DNA of 64,000 bases from Armatimonadota bacterium (GTDB lineage: Bacteria > Armatimonadota > Hebobacteria > CAIYQO01): positions 10 through 64,009 of the forward strand of contig JBBRXO010000006.1 in assembly GCA_038248345.1 (NCBI GenBank). The letters run 5' to 3'. Shown one piece after another: positions 38,930 to 47,623 of the stretch (position 1 is the stretch's first letter; each line of letters opens with the position of its first letter). Under the pieces are notes generated by a model that saw only the letters and a program-made list of their open reading frames with translations, was not told where the DNA came from and searched no databases. A program made the translations under genes and the position numbers.

Positions 38930-39397
38930 TTGCGCTGGGCTACACCAAATTGTATTTGGCCGACCTCTGGAGATGCGGAAGGCTTAACAGAATTAAACGC
39001 ATTTGACAACGCCCTGCTGAAGGCAGGCATTGGCAATCTGAATCTGATCAAACTGAGCAGTATCGTGCCGGCAGATATCGTCATGCTCGATCACCGCCCG
39101 GAAGATATGGTGGAAGGTGATCTGGCGCCGACGGTCTATACTATTAAGATCAGCGATACTCCCGGCGATATCGTGGCAGCAGCTGTAGGCATTGGCCTGC
39201 GCAAAGATGGCCACGGGATGATCTTTGAAAATACCGGCGGATCACGCGAGGCGGTAGAAGATACCGTGCGCCGCATGGTTCGTGAAGGCTTTGCCCAGCG
39301 TGGCATGGAGCTGGACGAGCTCCTCGTTTTCTCGTCCGAGCACAAAGTCGAGCGCATAGGCTGTGCATTAGCAGCAGTCGTGCTCTGGTGGAGGTAG
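38930..39397 (+). CDS. pdaD: pyruvoyl-dependent arginine decarboxylase
   Basis: 155 aa. Closely parallels M. jannaschii PdaD along its length, including LNAFD.ALL.AGIGN.NLI..SSI.P, where the SS is the self-cleavage/pyruvoyl site. TTG start with AAGGGAG RBS 9 nt upstream; in-frame stop at 38915. Confidence 0.8.
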   Translation: MRWATPNCIWPTSGDAEGLTELNAFDNALLKAGIGNLNLIKLSSIVPADIVMLDHRPEDMVEGDLAPTVYTIKISDTPGDIVAAAVGIGLRKDGHGMIFENTGGSREAVEDTVRRMVREGFAQRGMELDELLVFSSEHKVERIGCALAAVVLWWR

Positions 39398-39401
39398 AAG
39401 T

Positions 39402-39797
39402 TTGGAAAGAATTGGTCGCCACCTGATTTTGGAGCTATGGGGCTGCAACGCAGACAGCATCAACTCCATTGAGACCATCACTAAAGCGATGACCGAAACG
39501 GTCGAAGCGTGCGGAGCCACTCTGTTGGACTTACGCGTTTATCCGTTTACCCCGATCGGGGTTACTGGCGTCGCTATTCTCTCGGAATCACACATGATGA
39601 TTCACACATGGCCGGAACACGGGTATGCCGCAGTTGATATCTTCACCTGCGGTTATCACACTGACCCCAATAAGGCAGTGCCCGTGTTGCGCCAGTACTT
39701 CTCGCCGGAACGTATTCAGGTGATGGAGATGAATCGCGGAATTATCGTTGATGAACCGAGTACACAAGCGAAGGAGCTTTATGCCGGAGTTTGCTGA
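39402..39797 (+). CDS. speH: S-adenosylmethionine decarboxylase proenzyme (small, class 1b SpeH)
   Basis: 131 aa. GRHLILELWGC and ESHMMIHTWPEHGYAAVDIFTCG self-processing motifs. Confidence 0.85.
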   Translation: MERIGRHLILELWGCNADSINSIETITKAMTETVEACGATLLDLRVYPFTPIGVTGVAILSESHMMIHTWPEHGYAAVDIFTCGYHTDPNKAVPVLRQYFSPERIQVMEMNRGIIVDEPSTQAKELYAGVC

Positions 39798-40671
39798 ACC
39801 GTATCGCCATGGATGGCAACAGTCCGTGCAGGTGCGCGAAATCCTTTTTGATGGTATGTCGGAATTCCAACACTTACAAGTGTTGGATACAGTCCCGTTC
39901 GGCCGTATGCTGGTACTGGACGACGCTACCCAAACGAGCGTGGTGGATGAGTATATCTACCATGAGATGCTCGTACACATCCCCATGATGACGCATCCCA
40001 ACCCGAAACGCGTGCTGATTATCGGCGGCGGTGACGGCGGGGCCTTGCGGCGCGTGCTTGAGTATCCGGTCGAGAAAGTAACCATGGTGGAGATCGACGG
40101 CGAAGTCGTGCGTGTCAGCCGCGAATTCCTCCCAGAGATCAGCGGTGACGCCTTTGAAGACCCGCGCGCCGAGGTAATCATCGGCGACGGCGTGCAGTAT
40201 CTGCGCGAGAATACCGAGCATTTCGATGTCATCTGTATAGACTCTACTGACCCCGTGGGGCCAGCGGTCGATCTCTTCAATCATGAATTCTACCTCAACG
40301 TACATCGTGCGCTGGGTAATAATGGCATCATGGTTACGCAGAGCGGCTCCCCGCTGGTGATGCTCGGTGAATTGCACACCACCAGGACGCGCATGATAGA
40401 AGTTTTCCCGATCGTGCATACCTACGTCTGCAACATCCCCATTTATCCGGGGGTAATGTGGAGCTTCACCGCTGCATCCAACACCCTGGATCCACAATCA
40501 GTTGTACCGGTGACAATCGCGCAGCGTCTGCAGGCCAACGGACAGCCAACCGGCTGGTATACCCCGGCAATCCATCATGCCGCTTTTGCCCTGCCGAATT
40601 TCCTCAGAGGTTTCTTGAATATACAGGAGAACGATGAACCTACCGCCCTCTCCGTACCCATTTCTCGTTAG
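39781..40671 (+). CDS. speE: spermidine synthase (polyamine aminopropyltransferase)
   Basis: VLIIGGGDGGALREV, DSTDPVGPA motifs. ATG at 39781 preceded by GAAGGAG; overlaps the speH stop. Confidence 0.9.
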   Translation: MPEFAEPYRHGWQQSVQVREILFDGMSEFQHLQVLDTVPFGRMLVLDDATQTSVVDEYIYHEMLVHIPMMTHPNPKRVLIIGGGDGGALRRVLEYPVEKVTMVEIDGEVVRVSREFLPEISGDAFEDPRAEVIIGDGVQYLRENTEHFDVICIDSTDPVGPAVDLFNHEFYLNVHRALGNNGIMVTQSGSPLVMLGELHTTRTRMIEVFPIVHTYVCNIPIYPGVMWSFTAASNTLDPQSVVPVTIAQRLQANGQPTGWYTPAIHHAAFALPNFLRGFLNIQENDEPTALSVPISR

Positions 40672-41485
40672 TCAGCCCGGGCAAATTGGTGCCGTAACCC
40701 TGCTCGGTGCGCCGTTAGATCGCACTGGTTCCTTCCGCCCCGGTTGTGCCGATGGCCCAGCCGGTGTGCGTTGGGCCTCTGAGAACCTGGAAGAATACAG
40801 CCCCACCCTCGACCGCGACCTGAACGACCTCGACCTCGGCGATCTGGGCGACCTGGAGCTGGCCGGTCTGTCACAAGCGGACGCGCTTGATCTCATCGAG
40901 ACTGAAGTAGGCGCATTAATTGACGCCGGCACCCTCCCGTTCATCCTCGGTGGTGAGCATACCATTGCACTCCCTATCGCCCGCGCAGTCTGTAAACGCT
41001 ACCCGGACGCGCTCATTCTGCATCTGGACGCCCACGCCGATCTACGCGACACCTACCTAGATGACCCGCTCTCCCACGCCACCTGGGCCTACCGCGCCGG
41101 GGAGGAGTTCGGTTTTGAGCGTCTGATGCAGCTGGGTATCCGCAGTGGCCTGCGTGAGGAGTTCACGCTGGGACGCGCACGTAGTGGTTACTTCAGCATG
41201 GGACTTGATTACCCGGAACAGGTACGCGAGCTGCTGGCTTCCCGCCCGGTGTACCTCACACTGGATATCGATATACTTGACCCGGCCTACCTGCCTGGCA
41301 CCGGCACACCGGAAGCAGGCGGCGTTACCTACCGCGAGCTGATGGAATTCCTGCAGGGGTTACCGAAATTAAAAATGGTGGCGATGGATCTGAACGAGAT
41401 CGCCCCACCCCTTGACCCAACCGGTGTCACCGCTGCTACCGCCGCAAAGCTGGCACGCGAGATGATGCTGATCTTCGGCATGTGA
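40634..41485 (+). CDS. speB: agmatinase (ureohydrolase family)
   Basis: 283 aa. Arginase-fold Mn-binding motifs GGEHTIALP, LHLDAHADL, LTLDIDILDPA. Confidence 0.85.
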   Translation: MNLPPSPYPFLVSQPGQIGAVTLLGAPLDRTGSFRPGCADGPAGVRWASENLEEYSPTLDRDLNDLDLGDLGDLELAGLSQADALDLIETEVGALIDAGTLPFILGGEHTIALPIARAVCKRYPDALILHLDAHADLRDTYLDDPLSHATWAYRAGEEFGFERLMQLGIRSGLREEFTLGRARSGYFSMGLDYPEQVRELLASRPVYLTLDIDILDPAYLPGTGTPEAGGVTYRELMEFLQGLPKLKMVAMDLNEIAPPLDPTGVTAATAAKLAREMMLIFGM

Positions 41486-41496
41486 TATAATCAGGC

Positions 41497-41946
41497 ATGG
41501 ATGCAACATGGCGCGCATTTAGATATCAATACCTGGCCTTTGTGTTGGCTTTCCCTGCGGGCATGGCGTGGGTGTTTTATGCCCCCACCAGCATCCCGCC
41601 ACTCTGCCTATTTCGGTTGTCCACCGGTTTTGACTGCCCTGGATGTGGCATGACGCGCGCATTTGCCGCCTTAGCGCATATGGACATAATATCAGCTATC
41701 CGTTATAATCCGGTTAGTCCTGCGGTATTCTTAGTTATGATAGTACTGTGGGGGTATTCTGTAGCGCGATTAGTTACTGCCGGGCGGTTCGTATGGCGAG
41801 CCTGGCCGAGTTTGATCACCGAACGAGTGTTCTGGGCATTACTGATAATCTATCTGGCATTCGGCATAACTCGCCTTGCGCTGGAGATACATAACCCGGA
41901 GATGCGCCTGCCGGCGGCAAATATAACGACATATAACAGCATTTGA
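41497..41946 (+). CDS. DUF2752 membrane protein
   Basis: 149 aa. CPGCGMTRA motif plus TM helices. Confidence 0.6.
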   Translation: MDATWRAFRYQYLAFVLAFPAGMAWVFYAPTSIPPLCLFRLSTGFDCPGCGMTRAFAALAHMDIISAIRYNPVSPAVFLVMIVLWGYSVARLVTAGRFVWRAWPSLITERVFWALLIIYLAFGITRLALEIHNPEMRLPAANITTYNSI

Positions 41947-41976
41947 AGATTATTTGATGAAAGAGATATAGCCCGC

Positions 41977-42882
41977 ATGACAGATATTATCATAGCCGGA
42001 ATATTCCCCGGACAGGGATCGCAACAGGTAGGTATGGGGCAGGAGCTCGCCGCCACGGTAGCGTGCGTGCGCGACACCTTTGCCGAAGCAGATGCGACCC
42101 TCGGCTTTAAACTCTCCGATATCATCTTCAATGGCCCCGCTGATGAATTGAAACGCACCTCCATTGCGCAACCAGCGCTACTGACGATGAGCGCCGCATG
42201 TTGGCGCATGCAGGATTACCACTGTTCGGTAGTCGCCGGACATAGCCTGGGTGAGTATTCGGCGCTGGTGGCCGCTGGAGCGCTGACCTTCATCGACGCA
42301 CTGAAACTAGTACGGGTACGCGGACAATTAATGGAAACAGCCGCGGGCAACCACCCGGGCGGTATGGCCGCGATCCTCGGCATGGAAGACGAAGCCGTCA
42401 TCGCATTATGCGCCGAAGTAGCCGCTGTACATGGTACACTGGTGCCAGCGAATTTCAACTCACCTGGCCAGGTGGTGGTCTCCGGTGAATCCGCCGCTCT
42501 TGCTGCCGTGCGTGCCGCCGCCAAAGCCAAAGGCGGGCGGGCTATCCCGTTGCAGGTGAGCGGCCCATTCCACAGCCCGTTGATGCAATCCGCCGCCGAT
42601 GCCTTCGCGAAAGCGCTGGCGGAGGTCACCATTAATGCGCCAGCCATTCCGGTAGTGCCGAATTTCACTGCCGTCCCCACCATGGACATCGAGGAGATTC
42701 GCGCCGCGCTGGCCGCGCAGATCACCGGAGCAGTGCAATGGGTGAAAAGCCTGCGCGCCATGCATGCGTTGGGCGCAAATAAGTTTATCGAGATTGGACC
42801 CGGCAACGTCCTTACCGGTCTGGTGCAACGCACCCTGCCGGATGTTGAAGTGTTCGCCATTAGTTCTGAATCGGCGGGATAG
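41977..42882 (+). CDS. fabD: malonyl CoA-ACP transacylase
   Basis: 301 aa. GQGSQQVGMG and GHSLGEYSALVAAG motifs. Confidence 0.9.
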   Translation: MTDIIIAGIFPGQGSQQVGMGQELAATVACVRDTFAEADATLGFKLSDIIFNGPADELKRTSIAQPALLTMSAACWRMQDYHCSVVAGHSLGEYSALVAAGALTFIDALKLVRVRGQLMETAAGNHPGGMAAILGMEDEAVIALCAEVAAVHGTLVPANFNSPGQVVVSGESAALAAVRAAAKAKGGRAIPLQVSGPFHSPLMQSAADAFAKALAEVTINAPAIPVVPNFTAVPTMDIEEIRAALAAQITGAVQWVKSLRAMHALGANKFIEIGPGNVLTGLVQRTLPDVEVFAISSESAG

Positions 42883-42914
42883 TCCCGTCAAATATATTAA
42901 AGGAGGGCTATAAC

Positions 42915-43298
42915 ATGCCTCAGCGTCATTTCGGGGCCGTCCCCGTATTTGCGATTATCTTAAAGATAGTCGCTGTGATCTCATTTCTAGTATCCACCCT
43001 AAGTGGAATACTGGGCATCATGGACATTCGGCAAAAAGTCGTAGAGTATATGGCTTCTCCAGGTGCCAAAGCATTGAAACCCAACGAATTGATGGGTGCT
43101 TTCCGCGAACCCGTTACCATGATCATCAGCGGCATCGTCCTCGGCATTGTTATCTGGGCATTCGCTGAACTCATCAACATGATGCGCGAAACCGAATTCA
43201 ACACCCGCGTCTCCGCGGGCATCAAAGAAGAAGTATCAGGGTACAGCTACCCCGCTCCCGATGCGATTGCTCCTCCTGCTGCTAAAACCGAAGAATAA
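42915..43298 (+). CDS. small membrane protein of unknown function
   Basis: 127 aa, 2 TM helices. RBS AAGGAGGG upstream. Inserted between fabD and fabG. Confidence 0.4.
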   Translation: MPQRHFGAVPVFAIILKIVAVISFLVSTLSGILGIMDIRQKVVEYMASPGAKALKPNELMGAFREPVTMIISGIVLGIVIWAFAELINMMRETEFNTRVSAGIKEEVSGYSYPAPDAIAPPAAKTEE

Positions 43299-43426
43299 TC
43301 GATTTCTGAAATTCAAGTTGACGGACACAGCCTTGGTCTACCTAACCCCCGGACCACTCCTTCGCAGGGAAGAGGATGGGGGTTAGATGACGTGGCTGTG
43401 CTTCGTCATGTGTAAAGGAGTAAATA

Positions 43427-44188
43427 ATGTCATACGCAATTGACCTGACCGGGCAAGTAGCCCTGGTCACTGGCAGCCGTCGGGGCCTGGGCAAGGCCAT
43501 CGCTGTGAAACTGGCCGAGGCTGGCGCCGATATTATCATCAACGATATCGAGCCGGGCCGCGAAGAAGCTGAGGCCACCGCCGCAGAGATCTGCGCCATG
43601 GGCCGCCGTGCTATCGCCCTCTGTGGCGACGTCTCCAAGTCCGAGGAAGCCACTGCCCTCATCGAACAGGGATGGGCTGAGATGGGCAAAATTGATATCC
43701 TGGTGAACAACGCCGGTATTACCCGCGACAACCTGCTCATCCGTATGACGGATGACGAATGGCAGACTGTCATCAACATCAACCTCTCCGGTGCCTTCTA
43801 CTGCACACGCGCCGCCGCCAAGCGCATGATGAAGGCCCGCTACGGTCGCATCATCAACATGGCCTCGGTAATCGGGCTGATGGGCAATGCCGGGCAGACC
43901 AACTACGCCGCCAGCAAAGCGGGCATCATCGGCATGACCAAGGCGAATGCCAAGGAACTGGCGGGCAGAGGCATCACCGTCAACGCCATCGCCCCCGGCT
44001 TCATCATCAGCGCCATGACGGACAAGCTCACCGCCGAGCAGAAGCAGAAGATGGTCGACATCATCCCGCAGAGCCGCCTGGGCACCGCCGACGACGTCGC
44101 CAACGCGGTACTGATGTACACCAGCAAACTGGCCGACTACACCACCGGCCACGTATTTAACGTGGATGGCGGAATGGTAATGGAGTAA
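43427..44188 (+). CDS. fabG: 3-oxoacyl-ACP reductase
   Basis: 253 aa. SDR with TGSRRGLG cofactor motif, NNAG, YAASKAG catalytic motif. Confidence 0.9.
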   Translation: MSYAIDLTGQVALVTGSRRGLGKAIAVKLAEAGADIIINDIEPGREEAEATAAEICAMGRRAIALCGDVSKSEEATALIEQGWAEMGKIDILVNNAGITRDNLLIRMTDDEWQTVININLSGAFYCTRAAAKRMMKARYGRIINMASVIGLMGNAGQTNYAASKAGIIGMTKANAKELAGRGITVNAIAPGFIISAMTDKLTAEQKQKMVDIIPQSRLGTADDVANAVLMYTSKLADYTTGHVFNVDGGMVME

Positions 44189-44233
44189 GTCGCTAGTCTG
44201 CTAGTCGCTAGTCCTGACCTGATGTAAATTACG

Positions 44234-44270
44234 TAAAAAAGCTCGGAGTTTAACCTCCGAGCTTTTTGGC
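44234..44270. terminator. bidirectional rho-independent terminator between fabG and the C11 peptidase gene
   Basis: aaaaaaGCTCGGAGtttaacCTCCGAGCtttttgg. Confidence 0.75.
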
Positions 44271-44306
44271 TTTTAGATGTTGAAATCAGGACTCGTGACT
44301 AGCGAC

Positions 44307-45791
44307 TTACTCCTTCTGTCCGCTTAGGAACTGGCCCCAGTGGGTATCTTTGGCGAAGTCTAGCAGGTTGTAATAGGGGCCGTTGGTTAGATGATTGAAG
44401 GATAGTCCGTTAGGCACGTATATGCTGATGCCATGCGACTTTGTGTGGTAGGTGCCGGTGGCGTTTGTTATTACGACATTGTTTACCGCAGTTTTTACAG
44501 CTGTAGCGGCAGTTTTGGCACCGTTATTTTGCACGTTCAGCGATATCTGGTCGGCGTAGTCATATAGGTCTTTGTATTCGGTATAAGACGGGCTACCAAA
44601 AAATTCAGCGTTATTACGAGCGGTTTTCAGCGCGGGCGCTTCCGCGGTCGAAATCCCCTGCAAGGCAACAGCGAGGCTATCCACGGCGACGGCCAGCTGT
44701 GGTAGTTTCGCCATTTCTACCACCGAGTGGGTGAGGAGCGTCTCGTATGAGGGATAATATTGTACCGTCTGCTGGGCGATGGCAGTGGCGAAATCGCGCG
44801 GAGCCATCGCCGGATTATTGGCGAGGGAGGTGAGCCAAGTATTGTAGAGATACCCTGCCCCCGGCACATTCTCCTCGGACGCAACTAAATAGTTACAGTT
44901 GTTGCGTATCTGGTATCCCACCTCAAGCATCTGCATAAGACAGGCATCCATAGCGACGATATCCAACGGCGGATTGGAGGCCAACCCCAGGGGGAGATCC
45001 TTGCCGGAGATACTGCTGCCGTATTCATCGTCCCAGGAGATCGCACGCGGTTGCGCCATTACAGGAGTAGCCAGTGTGCGTGCACGCCAGCCAGTGCCGT
45101 GATCCCACAGCACTACCATATAATGCTCGGCCGGGAAGGTACTTTTACCCCAGGAGATGAAGTCGGCCAATTCGGCCGCTGAACCCATATTGCGCGAACC
45201 AAGATCATCTACTACTGGTGAAGTGGTAAAAGAGGTAACTGTACTGGGGTCATTATCATGAACAATAGTAAAGCGCTTGGTGCCCACCCATGTGCCCGCC
45301 GCAGCCGGCCTGCTACTGGCAAGGCGCCCTAGCTCAACTGCTACAGTTACTTGCGGGTTGTCTGGCGCCATCTCCATTTGATTCAAATTGTCGACGCTAT
45401 AGGTTTCCAAATTATTCTTGGCATTGAGAAAAACGAGGATTGTCCATTTACGCGCTACCGCTGTCAGTATGACGTCAGACGGGGTTGCCGTAACATCTGT
45501 TACTACACTCACCTGTATGGTTTTAGCGGAGAAACCGTTTGTGGTGATGAGTAGAGTATGTACGCCCACCGGAACGTTTTTGAGGGTGTAGCTACCGTCA
45601 CTAGCCGTAAGCGAGCTAATCGTCGTCCCCTGCACACTCACCAGTGCCTGCGAGATGGGCACCCTTCCAACGATATTCAACACTTTACCAGTAACGCTGC
45701 CAGTGTCAGGACCGACAGGGCCACCACAACCGGCAATCACCAGCAGCAGTAATAAACATAGCGCCAAGCCAACTGTATATATGAAACGCAT
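44307..45791 (-). CDS. clostripain-family (C11) cysteine peptidase lipoprotein with N-terminal CarbopepD_reg-like domain
   Basis: Lipobox LVIAGC; WDHGTGW (catalytic His region) and AMDACLMQ (catalytic Cys region). Confidence 0.72.
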   Translation of the reverse strand: MRFIYTVGLALCLLLLLVIAGCGGPVGPDTGSVTGKVLNIVGRVPISQALVSVQGTTISSLTASDGSYTLKNVPVGVHTLLITTNGFSAKTIQVSVVTDVTATPSDVILTAVARKWTILVFLNAKNNLETYSVDNLNQMEMAPDNPQVTVAVELGRLASSRPAAAGTWVGTKRFTIVHDNDPSTVTSFTTSPVVDDLGSRNMGSAAELADFISWGKSTFPAEHYMVVLWDHGTGWRARTLATPVMAQPRAISWDDEYGSSISGKDLPLGLASNPPLDIVAMDACLMQMLEVGYQIRNNCNYLVASEENVPGAGYLYNTWLTSLANNPAMAPRDFATAIAQQTVQYYPSYETLLTHSVVEMAKLPQLAVAVDSLAVALQGISTAEAPALKTARNNAEFFGSPSYTEYKDLYDYADQISLNVQNNGAKTAATAVKTAVNNVVITNATGTYHTKSHGISIYVPNGLSFNHLTNGPYYNLLDFAKDTHWGQFLSGQKE

Positions 45792-45856
45792 TTTTATCCT
45801 TTGATGGGAAAGTACCTATTTACTCATACCCACTTGCATATAATTATACACCATTT

Positions 45857-46723
45857 TCACCGCAAACGTGATACCTGCGTCACCCAATCCTCCCGCTCAT
45901 AGCGCGCCAGCACTTCATGTCCGCCGACTTCCAATGCTGTGCGTATCTCAGCCTCCTGGCTGGTGATATAGCCGCTGGATATAAAGAGCGCATCTTTGGC
46001 CATGATACGCGGAAGCAGCGGAATCAGGCGCAATACTACCGGTGCGAGGATATTTGCCAGCACCAGATCGTAGGGGGCGTCGACGCCCGCTTCCAGATCG
46101 GAAACACGGAAGTCGATCTGCTCGGCGACGCCGTTGACCGCAGCATTCTCGCACGCCACGCGCACCGCCAGGTCGTCATTGTCGGTAGCGGTGACGCTGC
46201 CCGCGTCCAGCTTCACCGCGGCGATGGCGAGGATACCGCTGCCAGTGCCAATATCCGCCACGCGCATCCCCGGTTGCAGATATTCCGACAGCGCTTGCAG
46301 GCAGGTGAAGGTGGTGCCGTGGGTACCGGTGCCAAAGGCCATGCCGGGATCGAGGGTAATGATCTGCTGCCCCGGTTGCGGGGTGAATTCCTCCCAGCTA
46401 GGTACCACCGCCAGCCGGGGTGATACCTCAAAGGGAGAGAAGAATTGCTTCCACCCCTCCAGCCAATCCTGATCTTCCATACTGCTGAGTACGTAGGCGG
46501 GAACCTCCGGGATGAGGCCGAACTCCGCCAGCTTCGCCAATGTCGTATCGGTATCCGCCGTCACTTCGTCGGCATGGGCATCCTTCCAGAAGCCGCGCAC
46601 ACACCAGCCATCGCGCACACGCCACTCGGCGGAGGCGCCATCTGCCCCACCCGCGCGCAACGTCTCCGCCGCCACCTCGCACAGCTCTTCCTCCAACGGG
46701 AATTCTACTACGTACCAGGGCAT
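45857..46723 (-). CDS. prmA: ribosomal protein L11 methyltransferase
   Basis: 288 aa. VADIGTGSGILAIAA SAM motif and PrmA N-terminal domain. Confidence 0.85.
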   Translation of the reverse strand: MPWYVVEFPLEEELCEVAAETLRAGGADGASAEWRVRDGWCVRGFWKDAHADEVTADTDTTLAKLAEFGLIPEVPAYVLSSMEDQDWLEGWKQFFSPFEVSPRLAVVPSWEEFTPQPGQQIITLDPGMAFGTGTHGTTFTCLQALSEYLQPGMRVADIGTGSGILAIAAVKLDAGSVTATDNDDLAVRVACENAAVNGVAEQIDFRVSDLEAGVDAPYDLVLANILAPVVLRLIPLLPRIMAKDALFISSGYITSQEAEIRTALEVGGHEVLARYEREDWVTQVSRLR

Positions 46724-46885
46724 AATTTCATCCTTTTGTATTTGACATATGGAAGATACATCTGTACCATATCTACGTTATCGGTAATAATTATTACCGA
46801 TAACTGCCAATACCTGTCATATTTATTAACGATTTTGGCCATTATCTGTAATAATTATGACATATAATGGCATTATTAGGGAGAG

Positions 46886-46950
46886 TTACAATAACGCGCC
46901 ACGGCGGGCGGAATCAATAGTTATAACGCGCCACGGCGGGCGCGGGCTAC
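46886..46950 (-). repeat. REP family A cluster (2 copies, inverted relative to the right-hand cluster), left flank of RAYT
   Basis: aacgcgccacggcgggcgg ... aacgcgccacggcgggcgcgggctacag. The reverse complement of CTGTAGCCCGCGCCCGCCGTGGCGCG contains the restored RAYT stop codon. Confidence 0.8.
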
Positions 46951-47473
46951 AGAATTGAATCTACGATAGCTGAATATGGATACTGTTGCCAATCCTCCAC
47001 GATTCCTTTTCGCACTGGATTTTTCAAAATATAATTTATCGTTTCGTTGATTTCACCGTCATGTCGCAGGGCATGATCATAAAACTACGTTGCCAGAGTT
47101 TTCCACTACCACCATGCTTCCACCATATCTGGGATGTCGTATACGATTTAAAATCCTCTATAGCAGTCAGTACATTTTCTATCGTTCCACCGACTGCTCC
47201 CATATTACGATATTCAGTTATCGTCTCACGAATCTGCACTAGGAAATGCAGGTGATCTGGCATCAAACAATAGCAAAGAAGGTAAAATTCATGCTTTTTA
47301 CGACGCCACAACAACGATTCAATTACGCCATTTGCTATCTCATCATTTAAAAATGGCTTCTGATGCTGACTGGCATTGATTGTAAAGAAAAATTCTGTAC
47401 CACTATATGTATACTGCTCAACAGACAAGCGATGTCGCTTGGTAATAATACGGCCATCATTACGATCGTTCAA
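46944..47473 (-). pseudogene. REP-associated tyrosine transposase (RAYT / TnpA_REP, IS200-like HuH), interrupted by a -1 frameshift
   Basis: ORF 47036-47473 carries the HuH motif YCLMPDHLHFLV and WQRSF. The expected C-terminus (FYDHALRHDGEINETINYILKNPVRKGIVEDWQQYPYSAI) continues in another frame. One extra T in the minus-strand T4 run (plus strand AAAA near 47081-47084) would restore it. The restored ORF ends with TAG inside the REP at 46944. Flanked by inverted REP clusters. Confidence 0.75.
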
Positions 47474-47519
47474 ATATTCGATCTATTCATCGTAACTCAT
47501 ACTACCCTCGACAAAAGAC

Positions 47520-47612
47520 ATCTGTAGCCCGCGCCCGCCGTGGCGCGTATTCGTAACCCGCGCCCGCCGTGGCGCGAATCTGTAACCCGCGCCTGCTGTG
47601 GCGCGCATTTGT
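47520..47612 (+). repeat. REP family A cluster (3 tandem copies at 29-bp period), right flank of RAYT (BIME-like)
   Basis: ctGTAGCCCGCGCCCGCCGTGGCGCGta / ttcGTAACCCGCGCCCGCCGTGGCGCGaa / tctGTAACCCGCGCCTGCTGTGGCGCGca. 5-nt linkers are too short for CRISPR spacers. Confidence 0.8.
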
Positions 47613-47623
47613 TTTTTAATGGA

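Noticed and set aside
38710-39006. 98-aa ORF overlapping the pdaD start
   Set aside because: It spans a non-coding leader and the first codons of pdaD in another frame, with no RBS. The PdaD homology fixes the true start at the TTG at 38930, which has an AAGGGAG RBS.
47520-47612. CRISPR-like array of three 24-bp direct repeats
   Set aside because: The intervening spacers are only 5 nt and there are no cas genes. The repeats are palindromic with a 5' GTAG, occur inverted on the other side of a RAYT gene and again at the mntH stop. This is a REP/BIME cluster, not CRISPR.
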